DNA of 64,000 nt from Heptranchias perlo (taxonomy: Eukaryota), in assembly GCF_035084215.1 (NCBI RefSeq), contig NC_090332.1, positions 1,798,001 to 1,862,000 on the forward strand. Direction: 5' to 3'. The notes under the pieces are model-generated. The model did not search any database. It was not told where the DNA came from and worked only from the letters and a program-made list of their open reading frames with translations. Made by a program: the position numbers and the translations under genes. Below are positions 1 through 13,200 of the stretch, in pieces. How positions within the stretch are numbered: position 1 is the stretch's first letter; each line of letters opens with the position of its first letter.

Positions 1-575
1 CTCCCTACCAGGTTGGCCATGTTCTCCCTCTGGATCGATAACATCCTTTGTATATTGGGCAAATTCCATGCCGACGGAAGAGATTCTCATGGTACTCCAT
101 TATTAAAGAGTTTGTTGGGCTTCAACTCCAAAAAGAGCCATTCTCCTTTGTCGTCCAGTCATTATGAAAGCCGATTGAGCATTCTTTAATTACATTAGCA
201 AGCTTAAGGTGATTTATAGCAGCTTGGAAAGTGTCAAGAGATCATTTGTTTGCATTGATGAATGCAGATTTGGTCACTAATGGATGTATTGTTTTATATC
301 TATATTGATTTATATCCCAGTTAACGTCCTGGTTTAGAGGGTCTCTGCTATTCCTATTATGCAGCACTTTTCCTTCAACTCGTATTTTACCATTGAATTC
401 TGTGTGAGATTTTATGCTACTCTACGCTCATCTGTTCAAATAAAAACAAACTGAGTTTGGTCCAGATTTTTCCTTCCAATATTTGGTTAAAACTTCTACT
501 CAGTGTTGTTACTGTAAAAGAAACAGTTTCGATAACATTTATTTAAAGGAGATGATTTTTATAGTAACATTATTA

Positions 576-1016
576 GATATAAAACCAATATAATGTTGAA
601 AGTACTTACTGGTTACATTCAGCCGGGTTCCAGTTCCAAAGATTTTCCCCCAAATACCACAGATATAGTCAGCAGTGTCACTGAGCCGCACGTCAGTGAT
701 GGTCAGAATGTAGGCGTTACTGGCAACATCTCTGGCAAGCTGAAATCGCTCAGGGATGCTCCTGGATCGGTAAACTTTGCCATTTACATAAAGACTCATT
801 AATATATTCTGTTCATTAACCGGTGGGTGGTACCAGTGTACATCAGATTTATCCACACTGTCAGCCACATTGCCGCTCTCCATGACACACCGTGACTGCA
901 CCGTTTGACCCTCTGACACCTTCACAACCTCTGGAGACTGGATAAGAACCAGATTTGCCTTTAGGCCTGTGAATAGTAAACAATTGGAGATCAGAACAGA
1001 TGAGGAACCACAAGAT
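576..1016 (-). repeat. 441-bp inverted repeat, left arm (partner 36832-37272)
   Basis: Reverse complement matches 36832-37272; I found three substitutions by eye (one synonymous GGG/GGA, one in each intron flank). Confidence 0.92.
610..966 (-). CDS. Gene A: V-set Ig exon with germline-joined J-like segment (119 codons, phase 1-1)
   Basis: Acceptor tttactattcacAG and donor A|GTAAGT. Encodes (G)LKANLVLIQSPEVVKVSEGQTVQSRC...VHWY...LTITDVRLSDTADYICGIWGKIFGTGTRLNVT with B/F cysteines, C-strand Trp and FGxGT motif. No stops. Confidence 0.93.
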
Positions 1017-3099
1017 ATAATAATAACCTGTAACCAAAACTATTATAAAATCTCCTGTATGTTTGTGAATGGATATTGCGTATTATCATTTCTTAGTTGT
1101 TTTAAACATATCCTGAGCTTAGCTCTTTCACACTGCACTGACCAACAACCCCACAGTATAAATAGTCCAGCCCAAAAGCACACACACTGCAACTGAACTC
1201 ATAACTCCTGCTCTGGATATGTTTTTTATTGCCAGTAATGATGGAGGTCGGTATTAAAAGCAGCAGAAAATCAGGAGAAAAGCTGCTAGTTTTAGTGATA
1301 TTTCGCGATACCCAGCACAAGATTCTGATGAAGATTCAGATAAAGAAGGCTCATCCTTCCAGAATTACAATCCTACCATTGTCCCATTGCAGCATCCAGC
1401 TATTTTTAAACCTGACCAGTGGTCTGGCCTCGCGTGGTGACCTATTCCAGCTGTAGATTAACATCTTCAAAGAAATATTTCCTGGTATCTGTCCTAACCT
1501 TGGGACTTTCCAATCCTGACCCTGTGCCCTCCTGCCCTGGCTCTATCTCAAATTATTGTTGTGGGTTTGCTTTATCTTCCTCCTCAGCACAGAGTGTGGT
1601 TGTCTCCTATTTTCACTTTCAGTATATGTGGCACCTTGCATTTATTCGTACTGAACTCTCCAATCATCATTAATCAGCCCAGGTGTGAATCCTGTTGAGC
1701 CCTCCTTATAAGATCTTGGCTGCATCCTCTGAATCCACAGTCCTCCCCCACAAAGTTGCGTAGCCGTTCAGAACTCGACCCTTTCCCACCGTCTCCGCAA
1801 TTAAGCTGCAGGATTCTGCAGGCGCATGAGGCGGTCGCCTAAAGTAGGCCTTGTGAACTAATGCAATTTCGGGGTCCTGTCGGTATTTTACCCGATGGTA
1901 TTTTACCCGGGGTCTGAGAAGGGGCAGCCGCTGTGGTTCTCCTGCCTGGCTGTAGGTCAGCATCTGGTGGGAGGGACGGGGAGACCCTCCAAGGTAAGTC
2001 AAAAAGTCTCAAGTGTGGGGCCAGGAGAGCTCCTCCTGGGCCCCACAAGGAAAGTCACGACCTCCCGTGCCCCAGACACTGCTCGCCCCCCCCACTTCCT
2101 TCCCGCGAGACCCTCCTGAAACCCCCCCCCCCCCCCCCGCTTATCTGGAAGCCAACAGGCGGCCAAGCCCTACAGGATCCTCACCTGCCGGCAGCTGCTC
2201 AGAGCCCTCTTCCCACCCGGGAGTGGATCGGCAGTATTTAAATCAGGTCCAGGAGCGTGCCCCCGAAATCCACCCCGGCTTAAAATTGACCCCATAGACT
2301 GACCTGTAAACGGTGGGGATCAGGAAACGGTTAAAGGGCAGAAGTGATACGTACAGAAGACAAAAGGAGGCATAATGGGAGAAATCAAAGAAAGAAAAGA
2401 CATAGACGAGACACAGAGAGTGTGAGAGGAATGGGAAGCATGAAACACTGGCCTTGCTGTTTAGCCTGTGGTCTCATCTGATTTTTAATTTGCATTCCTA
2501 AAACCTGACAGATACAATAAATAATGGGAGCAGGTTCAGCAGGAGACCAGCTCATTCTCAATACAATAAATGTGGTATGGAAAGTGAAAATCCTTCCATG
2601 CAGAGGAATGCCCAACAGTGACTACCTTAAGTAGGTACCATTGGCTCATTCTATTTCCCCCAAAATTGGCATCTAACGTACTTCCATAGGAAGAGCTATT
2701 TCAAATCTTCACTATTGGCAATTTATCTTTCAAAGTTCCATTATATGTGTATCCTCTGCCCTCCTTTGTTCCACATTGGCAGCCATTTGACCAATTTACA
2801 TTGAGTTTCCGAATCAGGAACATCCTCCTCCAATCCAGTTGTCTCAATTCTTTCCTCATCTCTTTGAGTTTAACCATTGTAAAGTTATAAACCTGGCTTC
2901 TGGTCTTTGGTATAATTGGGTCTCAGATAGAATCATAGGCCCCAATATTAGCCACAGGGGGGTGCGGGGGAGATGAAATATCGGCCGATAAACAAAGGCT
3001 GGGGACGTGGAGGTCCTGCTGATCTTAACGGCGGGGGCCTCATTAACATATTGTAGGGCCACCTCCCGCCCTGCAGCTGGATAAATGGAGGCTGGTGAT

Positions 3100-3915
3100 T
3101 GGGGGGGGGGGGACTGGCGATCGGGAGGGCGGGGGGGGAGACTGGTGATCGGAAGGGCGGGGGGGGGGGGGTGCGGGGAGACTGGCGATCGGGAGGGAGG
3201 GGGGGGGGAGACTGGTGATCGGGAGGGGGGGGGGGGGGGGAGACTGGCGATCGGAAGGGCGGGGGGGGGGTGCGGGGAGACTGGCGATCGGGAGGGGGGG
3301 GGGGGGGGGGAGACTGGTGATCGGGAGGGAGGGGGGGGGGGAGACTGGCGATCGGAAGGGCGGGGGGGGGGGTGCGGGGAGACTGGCGATCGGGAGGGAG
3401 GGGGGGGGAGACTGGCGATCGGAAGGGCGGGGGGGGGGGGGGGTGCGGGGAGACTGGCGATCGGGAGGGCGGGGGGGGGGTGCGGGGAGACTGGCGATCG
3501 GGAGGGAGGGGGGGGGGGGAGACTGGTGATCGGGAGGGAGGGGGGGGGGGTGCGGGGAGACTGGCGATCGGGAGGGAGGGGGGGGGGAGACTGGCGATCG
3601 GAAGGGCGGGGGGGGGGTGCGGGGAGACTGGCGATCGGGAGGGAGGGGGGGGGAGACTGGCGATCGAGAGGGACGGGGGGGGAGACTGGCGATTGGAAGG
3701 GCGGGGGGGGGAGACTGGTGATCGGGGGGGGTGGGAGACTGGCGATCGGGAGGGGGGGGGTGGGGGGAGACTGGTGATCGGGAGGGGGGGGGGTGGGAGA
3801 CTGGCGATCGGGAGGGGGGGGGTGGGCGATCGGGAGGGGGGGGGGTGGGAGACTGGCGATCGGGAGGGGGGGGGTGGGAGACTGGCGATCGGGAGGGGGG
3901 GGTGGGCGATCGGGA
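3100..3915. repeat. G-rich minisatellite (core gagactggcgatcgggaggg plus G-runs)
   Basis: Directly visible tandem units; explains the Pro/Gly-rich ORFs at 2856-4163. Confidence 0.92.
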
Positions 3916-5769
3916 TGCTTTGGGGTGGGTGGGGGCGAAGGCATCCTTCAGTGGCCTGGGGGTGCACTCCTACTCCACCTGGCCCGCCAGGAGTGCTGAA
4001 AGAGCCACTTACCTCGGGGAACCGGCAGCTCCCACCACAGATCAGCTGCCGGGAATCCCACGGCTCAGGTCTCCCCTCGGGGAGGAAAGCCTGGGGGAGG
4101 GGAGGCCCAATGTTCTGTTTCTGGCTCCTGGTCTTAGACACTTCTGACTCTCAGATCATGTGAAACGTTTTCATTCTGCGGTTGCTGTCCTCAGGGTGCT
4201 GTGATTTCTATTTCCTGGGTCATTTATAAACACCAGATCAAGAAGAGCATTGCCTCTTGTGGCTTCCTTGACACATTGAGTTAAGAAGCATCATGTATTA
4301 CATCTACCAACTCTGACTCTAAACCACATGGGTTTTCACAATTTATATTTAGCTGATTGAAGTCCCGTCATCCATTAAAATGATATCTTTGCTTACACCC
4401 CCCTTCCTATTTATTCAAACAGCAAATGGCCTGCATCCTTATCTTGAACAGCAAACCCATAGTGTTAGCTTGGACTTTTTAGCATTAGAGATTCCTACCC
4501 AGAGTAGTTCATTTTGTAGCTTTCTACCTCCCACAAATAAACTTCTATTACCCCCCAGGTCCCTGTCGGGCTGGAACCACTTTCTTTCTCGTCCACTCTT
4601 TTTTCTAAAGGCTCTGCACCAGTGAATGTTTCATTCACTCCCATCCTCAGGGAAAGAATTTTTATCCCTTGCCAGAGTAAGCTGCTAAATGAAAGATTCA
4701 CATCAGATTTTCTCCTTCTGTGCACATGCCCAAACCATGCACCTGTTGAAACCACCTGAACTTCACACAATCACCCAAACTTCACACATTTAACGTGTGT
4801 ACAATTACCCAAATTTAGTACGTGTGCAAAACTCCACGCACGCACGCACAGGGTGACTTTCCGGGGTATTCTGGGACTGCGGAGGAGTGCTAGAGTCTGA
4901 GTAAAGCCAGTGATTTTAGTGAGTTAACTCTGACACGGATAGGAAATGCTGACTGTGGGTGGGACACACTGAGAATTTGCATTTATGAAAGAGACAGAGC
5001 AGTTGAAAGCGGACGTGGGTCAATAGAACTCTCTGTTTCTCTTATACAAAACTTCAAAATTTCAGAAACTCTTTCTTAAATTGAAAAAAAGACAGAAACT
5101 CCAACATGATAAAAAATACTCAATCAATTTCACACAAGCAAACACACCTTACAGAGAACCCCCCAATGACAGGCACTGTAAAATTGTACAAGGAACATAT
5201 GGTTAAAACTTAGCTGCTCTGTATTTTCAGCAAAAATGGGCAGATTGGGTTTCCCAATGGTTGAGCAGAAAGTAGCTAAACCAGAGTGATCTGGAAGATT
5301 GCACGTTTGATCTCTGGTCCTGGATCAGGTGACGACTCCCAGAATTAGCTGATCTCAGTCAGGGTTGTAAAGTCATGTAGCTGTCCTCAGCATTCTGAGT
5401 TAGGTGAAAATTAGCAAGGCTCCCACTCCTTATCGTCCTGTAGTAACTTTATTAGAAATAAAACTGTGTTGCTATTGGCGAAGACCATTCCTTAATTCCT
5501 CCCACGGTCTAATTCCGCCAACACTTGTCGTCAAAGCTCACGCATTGACTAATTGCCATTTGGCTAAAACCCAACAGTGGAACTGTACCTCAGCAAGGAG
5601 GCAATGCCTTCAAGAAAGGAGGAGGGTTGGGGAGAAAACGTGAAGGAAAAATAAGAGAGAAATTGGTGTCTCTAAAATGCTTAACTCCGTAAATGTCACA
5701 AATAGAAAAACATTAAAAAAAGATGTTTAGAACTGCTTTAAACAGGGGTTTGCATTGCAGAGGTGATAC

Positions 5770-7352
5770 TTTTTTTTATTTGTTCACGGGATGTGGGCAT
5801 CGCTGGCAAGGCCAGCGTTTATTGGCCATCCCTAATTGCCCTTGAGAAGGTGGTGGTGAGCCGCTTTCTTGAACCGCTGCAGTCCGTGTGGTGAAGGTTC
5901 TCCCACAGTGCTGTTAGGAAGGGAGTTCCAGGATTTTGACCCAGCGACAATGAAGGAACGGTGATATATTTCCAAGTCGGGATGGTGTGTGACTTGGAGG
6001 GGAACATGCAGGTGGTGTTGTTCCCATGTGCCTGCTGCCCTTGTCCTTCTAGGTGGTAGAGGTCACGGGTTTGGGAGGTGCTGTCGAAGAAGCCTTGGCG
6101 AGTTGCTGCAGTGCTTCCTGTGGATGGTACACACTGCAGCCACAGTGCGCCGGTGGTGAAGGGAGTGAGTGTTTAGGGTGGTGGATGGGGTGCCAATCAA
6201 GCGGGCTGCTTTGTCCTGGATTGTGTCGAGCTTCTTGAATGTTGTTGGAGCTGCACTCATCCAGGCAAGTGGAGAGTATTCCATCACACTCCTGACTTGT
6301 AGATGGTGCAAAGGCTTTGGAGAGTCAGGAGATGAGTCACTCGCCGCCGAATACCCAGCCTCTGACCTGCTCTCGTAACCACAGTATTTATATGGCTGGT
6401 CCAGTTAAGTTTCTGGTCAATGTTGACCCCCCAGGATGTTGATGGTGGGGGATTCAGCGATAGTAAAGCCGTTGAATGTCAAGGGGAGGTGGTTGGACTC
6501 TCTCTTGTTGGAGATGGGCATTGCCTGGCACTTTTCTGGTGAGTGTTACTTGCCATTTATGAGCCCAAGCCTGGATGTTGTCCAGGTCTTGCTGCATGCA
6601 GGCTCGGACTGCTTCATTATTTGAGGGGTTGTGAATGGAACTGAACACTGTGCAGTCATCAGCGAACATCCCCATTTCTGACCTTATGATGGAGGGAAGG
6701 TCATTGATGAAGCAGCTGAAGATGGTTGGGCCGAGGACATTGCCCTGAGGAACTCCTGCAGCAATGCCCTGGGGCTGAGATGATTGGCCTCCAACAACCA
6801 CTACCATCTTCCTTTGTGCTAGCTATGACTCCAGCCACTGGAGAGTTTTCCCCCTGATTCCCATTGACTTCAATTTTACTAGGGCTCCTTGGTGCCACAC
6901 TCGGTCAAATGCTGCCTTGATGTCAAGGGCAGTCACTCTCACCTCACCTCTGGAATTCAGCTCTTTTGTCCATGTTTGGACCAAGGCTGTAATGAGGTCT
7001 GGAGCCGAGTGGTCCTGGCAGAACCCAAACTGAGCATCGGTGAGCAGGTTATTGGTGAGTAAGTGCCACTTGATAACACTGTCGACAACACCTTCCATCA
7101 CTTTGCTGATGATTGAGAGTAGACTGATGGGGCGGTAATTGGCCGGATTGGATTTGTCCTGCTTTTTGTGGACAGGGCATACCTGGGCAATTTTCCACAT
7201 TGTCGGGTAGATGCCAGTGTTGTAGCTGTAATGGAACAGCTTGGCTAGAGGCGCGGCTAGTTCTGGAGCACAAGACTTCAGCACTACAGCCGGGATGTTG
7301 TCGGGGCCCATAGCCTTTGCTGTATCCAGTGCACTCAGCCGTTTCTTGATAT
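5770..7352 (-). mobile_element. 5'-truncated, frameshifted LINE (CR1/L2 group, family X), RT to 3' UTR
   Basis: ORF fragments NYRPISLL, LDIKAAFDRV, GVPQG, FADD; A-rich tail at the 5770 end. Confidence 0.88.
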
Positions 7353-8414
7353 TTCTTGGTGTTAGAGAATTCCTAATATGTCCATTAACTGGGTGTTAAC
7401 TCCTGGGAGAGTTACTAACTGACATCTATTAGTGAGTAGTGTAAAACTGTAGAATCTGCGTCTCCCGCCCTCCCACTCTCAAATGATGACTTGCCGGTTA
7501 CAATCTGAGCTGTAAAAACAAAGCAGAATTTGAGTGCCAGCAATGTGGTTTATTTATGCTAAACTGTAAGGATGTCTTTGCTTCTGTTGTTCAACTTCCT
7601 CTTATTAATGAATTGCTTAATAATTATGTTGGACGGCAATTGCTGAAAGTATCGTTATTTCAAAACAGGTCAGGGAAATATGGATTGTGAAAGAAAAGTT
7701 TCTCTCTTCAGGCAACTGAGGCTATGAGGAGAGTTTGAACAGACTGAGATTGTTTTCTTTGGAGGAACTTGAGGGAAATAATGGAGTAGAAATTGGTCAT
7801 CGTTCTGCCTGTTATCCAGGCAGAAAACAGGAACAAAAGTGACCAATTTTGCAGGGCTCTGCACCTCGCCCCGAGAATGCCTGAAAAGTGGCCATTGGCC
7901 TCGGAAGATTTTCAGGCATCCGAGGCAGTCACCTAAAACAGGTGTTAGGCGCCTTGCATACGCTAATGACAGGTTCAGTTTCCTCATATAAGCGTAAAGC
8001 CCCTTATTTGCATATGCAAAGGAACGAAGGCCGGTTTCAGGCGGGAGCACTGCATGACGATTTTTTGGCCTCGTAATGATTGTGCGTCTCCTGCCCGCCA
8101 TATTGGGACCTGAGATGGCCGTTTAGCACCCGGAAAACCGGTGCTGCTTGGCTGAATTTCTAGGCCCATGTCTTTTCCTAAAAAATTTATTGGAATAAGT
8201 AAGTCCTGGGGTATGGTTTGAGTTCCCCTGAAGTTACAACATAGGCCAATGAGACCCAAGGTAGTGGGCTCAAGGCCGAACAACTGCTAACAAGGAAACT
8301 GGGAGATGGGAGAGGCCCAAAATCTCAATTGGGTGATTGTAAATGGGTTAGGTGGGTAGGTGTGACTGCTCACTTCAGACTAAACCACGAGAGGAAATCA
8401 AACCAAGCAGGTAG

Positions 8415-9250
8415 TGAATTTAAAATTCTCATTCTTGTGTTCAAGTCCCTCCATGCCCTCGCCCCTCCCTATCTCTGTAACCTCCTCCAGCCCTACACCA
8501 CTCCCCATCTCTGTAACCTCCTCCAGCCCTACACCCCTCCCTATCTCTGTAACCTCCTCCAGCCCTACAACCCTCCCTATCTCTGTAACCTCCTCCAGCC
8601 CTACACCCCTCCCTATCTCTGTAACCTCCTCCAGCCCTACACCCCTCCCTATCTCTGTAACCTCCTCCAGCCCCTCGCCCCTCCCTATCTCTGCAACCTC
8701 CTCCAGCCCTACACCCCTCCCTATCTTTGTAACCTCCTCCAGCCCTACACCCCTCCCTATCTCTGTAACCTCCTCCAGCCCGACACCCCTCCCTATCTCT
8801 GTAACCTCCTCCAGCCCTACAACCCTCCCTATCTCTGTAACCTCCTCCAGCCCTACACCCCTCCCTATCTTTGTAACCTCCTCCAGCCCTACACCCCTCC
8901 CTATCTCTGTAACCTCCTCCAGCCCTCGCCCCTCCCTATCTCTGTAACCTCCTCCAGCCCTACACCCCTCTGAGAGCTCTGGCCTCTTGTGCATCCCCCA
9001 TTTCATTCGGCCCTCCATTGGCGGCCGTGCCTTCAGCTGCCCAGGCCCTAAGCTCTGGAATTCCCTCCCTGAACCTCTCCGCCTCTCTTTCCTCCTTCAA
9101 GACACTCCCCAAAACCTCCCTCTTTGACCAACCTGTCTTAACATCTCCTTATGTGGCAAATTTTGTCTGATAACATTCCTGTGAAGCGCCTTACGATGTT
9201 TTACTATGTTAAAGGCGCTATGTAAATGCAAGTAGTTATTGTTGTTGAAT
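8415..9250 (+). mobile_element. L2-type LINE 3' end with internal 36-bp minisatellite (about 14 copies, 8460-8970)
   Basis: FKILILVFKSLH-LAPPYL motif; unit cccctccctatctctgtaacctcctccagccctaca; tail aaaggcgctatgtaaatgcaagt. Confidence 0.85.
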
Positions 9251-10232
9251 GAGTTGGGTTGCAGCCCAAAATTGGAATTGGGCAGCCACAAACAGGTTAA
9301 CAAATGCAAGGAATCTTACAACACCAGGTTATAGTCCAACTGTTTTAACAGGTTTTAACAAACAGGTTAGGCAAATAGAGAGGTGGAGCTAGCTTCTCCA
9401 AGTATTGGCTGACCTGATTAAACACAGACATTAGGCAAGGAGAACAAGCAAACCCAAAATTCTGGTTATAAAACAAGTGGAGTAGTGAGCATTAGAGAGT
9501 AAATGGAGCAGTGGGAACATCAACAAATCAATCAGGGGAACACCAACAAATCAGTAAGTTAATGAAACAGTGAGCGCTGAATGAAAATTAATGAAGCAGC
9601 AGATTGATGGATTAATGGAGCAACATTAGTGAATTAATAAATTCATACGGAATGGGCAGACCAGCAAATCAATAAATGAAGGGAGAACTAATATCCCTTC
9701 TTACCTTTGCTGCCATTGCTTCCTGCCCCTGAAGCTGTTAACTGACTGTCACTGGTTTCACCAGTGATTTACTTTTCAAAGCACTATGAGCGATTGTGTA
9801 TTTTCTGACTGTAAAGGTAAGTTAAAAACACTAAAGGATGTTTCAGCTAAGAGGCTTTTAGTTTGCTAAGGCACTTAAAGGGATAATATATATTTGTATA
9901 GCATAATTAGTTTAAGTTCTTCTAAAGATTCCTGAAGTTTAAAATTCATTGGTGACTGAGGCTCGCCCCATTTCACCACCGAATAGTGGAACCTGCAACT
10001 ACATCACAACAGGCAACTTTTTACACTGGAGAATTCCCATTGTGAATCTTCACATTTGTCAACATTCAGGTGTTACCAAAAATCCTGACAAGAAGCAGCT
10101 GGACAGGAAGTGCGTACATATTCAGTATTATTAAGAATAAACTAGTCAATCTCCCTTGGCGTTGCACACAGGGAGTCAAGACCAAATGCAGTCTTCAGGT
10201 GAAGTGGTGTTGGAGGCCAAGGCGACAATTAA

Positions 10233-13200
10233 CATAGAAACATAGAAAATAGGAGCAAGAGTAGGCCATTCGGCCCTTCGGGCCTGCTCCGCCATTCAAA
10301 ATGATCATGGCTGATCGTCTAACTCAGTACCCTGTTCCCACTTTTTCCCCATATCCCTTCATCCCCTTTGCATTAAGAAATATATCTATCTCCTTCTTGA
10401 ATACATCTAATGACTTGGCCTCCACTGCCCTCTGTGGTAGAGAATTCCACAGGTTCACCACCCTCTGAGTGAAGAAATTTCTCCTCATCTCGGTTCTAAA
10501 TGGCATACCCCATATCCTGAGACTGTGACCCCTGGTTCTGGACTCCCCAGCCATCGGGAACATCCTCCCTGCATCTAGTCTGTCTAGTCCTGTTAGAATT
10601 TTATATGTTTCGATAAGATCACCTCTCATTCTTCTAAACTCTAGTGAATATAGGCCCAGTCGACCCAATCTCTCCTCATATGTCAGTCCTGCCATCCCAG
10701 GAATCAGTCTGGTAAACCTTCGTTGCACTCCCTCCATGACAAGGACATCCTTCCTCAGATAAGGAGACCAAAACTGCACACAGTACTCCAGATGTGGTCT
10801 CACCAAGGCCCTGTATAACTGCAGTAAGACATCCCTGCTCCTGTACTCAAATCCTCTTGCAATGAAGGCCAACATACCATTTGCCTTCCTAACTGCTTGC
10901 TGCACCTGAATGCTTGCTTTCAGCGACTGATGTACAAGGACACCCAGGTCTCGTTGCACCTCCCCTTTTACCAATCTATCACCATTCAGATAATAATCTA
11001 CCTTTCTGTTTTTACAACCAAAGTGGATAACCTCACATTTATCCACGTTATACTGCATCTGCCATGTTCTTGCCCACTCACCCAACTTGCCTAAATCACA
11101 TTGGAGCCTCTTTGCATCCTCCTCACAGCTCACATTCAACCCCAGCTTTGTGTCGTCTGCAAACTTGGAAATGTTACATTTAGTTCCCTCATCCAAATCA
11201 TTGATATATATTGTGAATAGCTGGGGCCCAAGCACTGATCCCTGCGGTACCCCACTAGTCACTGCCTGCCACCCGGAAAAAGACCCGTTTATTCCTACTC
11301 TCTGTTTCCTGTCTGTCAACCAATTCTCAATCCATGCCAGTATATTCCCCCCAATCCCATGTGCTTTAATTTTGCACACTAACCTCTTGTGTGGGACCTT
11401 ATGAAAAGCCTTCTGAAAATCCAAATACACCACATCCGCTGGTTCTCCCCTATCTATTCTACTAGTTACATCCTCAAAAACTCCAGTAGATTTGTTAAGC
11501 ATGATTTCCCTTTCATAAACCCATGCTGACTTTGTCCAATCCCGTTAATGCCCTCCAAGTGATCTGTTATCATATCTTGGGGTTGTATTCTCTCGAGTTT
11601 CGAAGGCTAAGGGGTGATCTGTTCAAAGTTTATAAGATATTAAGGGGAATGGATAGGGTGGATAGAGAAAAACTATTTCCGCTGGTTGGGGATTCTCGGA
11701 GTAGGGGGCACAGTCTAAAAATTAGAGCCTGATCTTTCAAGAGCGAGATTAGAAAACATTTCTACACACAAAGGGTGGTAGAAGTTTGGAACTCTCTTCC
11801 GCAAACAGCAATTGGTACTAGCTCAATTGCTAAATTTAAATCTGAGATAGATAGCTTTTTAGCAACCAAAGGTATTAAGGGATATGGGCCAAAGGCAGGT
11901 ATATGGAGTTAGATCACAGATCAGCCATGATCTTATCAAATGGCAGTGCAGGCACGAGGGGCTGAATGGCCTACTCCTGTACCTATGTTCCTATCTTTTA
12001 TAATAGACTCTAGCATTTTCCCCACTACTGATGTTAGGCTAACTGGTCTGTAATTCCCTGTTTTTTCTCTCCCTCCTTTTTTAAATAGTGGGGTTACATT
12101 TGCCACCCTCCAATCTGTTGGAACTGTTCCAGAGACGATAGAATTTTGGAAGATGATCACCAATGCATCCATTATTTGCAGGGCCAATTCCTTTAGTACT
12201 CTGGGATGTGGATTATCAGGCCCTGGGGATTTGTCAGTCTTTAGTCCCATTAATTTCCCTAGCACTTTTTTTTACTGATACTGGTTTCTTTCAGTTCCTC
12301 CCTCTCACTAGACCCTTGGTTCCCTAACATTTCCGGGAGGTTATTTGTGTCCTCCTTTGTGAAGACAGAACCAAAGTATGTGTTTAATTGTTCTGCCATT
12401 TCTTTGTTCCCCATTATAATTTCCCCCATTTCTGACTGTAAGGGACCTACAATTGTCTTCACTAATCTTTTTCTCTTGACATATTTATAGAAGCTTTTAC
12501 AGTCAGTTTTTATGTTCCCTGCTAGTTTACTCTCATACTCTATTTTTCCCCTCTTAATCAATCTCTTTGTCCTCCTTTGCTGAATTCTGAACTGCTCCCA
12601 ATCCTCAGGCTTGCCGCTTTTTCTGGCAATTTTATATGTCTCCTCTTTGGATCTAATACTATCCCTAATTTCTTTTGTAAGCCACGATTGAGCCACCTTT
12701 CCTGTTTTATTTTTGCGCCAGACAGGAATGAATAATTGTTGTAATTCCTGCACACGTTCTTTAAATATTAGCCATTGCCTATCCACCATCATCCCTTTTA
12801 GTAAAGTTCCCCAATCTATCATAGTCAACTCACACCTCATACTTTCGTAATTTCCTTTATTTAGATTCAGGACCCTAGTTTCGGATTCAAGTACTTCGCT
12901 CTCCATCTTAATGAGGAATTCTATCATGTTATGGTCGCTCTTCCCTAAGGGATCCCGCACAACAAGATTGTTAATTAATCCTTTCTCATTGCACAATACC
13001 CAGTCTAGGATCGCCTGTTCTCTAGTTGGTTCCTCAACGTATTGGTCTAGAAAACCATCATGTACACACTCCAGGAATTCTCCCCCACAGTATTATTGCT
13101 AATTTGGTTTGACCAATCTATATGTAGATTAAAGTCACCCATGATTATAGTTGTACCCTTCTTGCATGCGTCTCTAATTTCCTGTTTAATGCCCTCCCCT

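Noticed and set aside
1-350. Protein-like minus-strand text as the next exon of gene A
   Set aside because: Stops in all frames examined and no Ig or TM motifs; left unassigned.
1152-1179. RSS-like CACAGTA-12bp-CCCAAAAGC
   Set aside because: Only 6/7 and 6/9 matches, and it lies in the intron away from any coding end; expected by chance.
2856-4163. Long Pro-rich and Gly-rich ORFs
   Set aside because: Translations of a G-rich minisatellite.
9786-9816. Plus-strand ATG...G|GTAAGT mini-exon (MSDCVFSDCK)
   Set aside because: Phase fits but the peptide is not hydrophobic; the site is better explained as the complement of the minus-strand acceptor.
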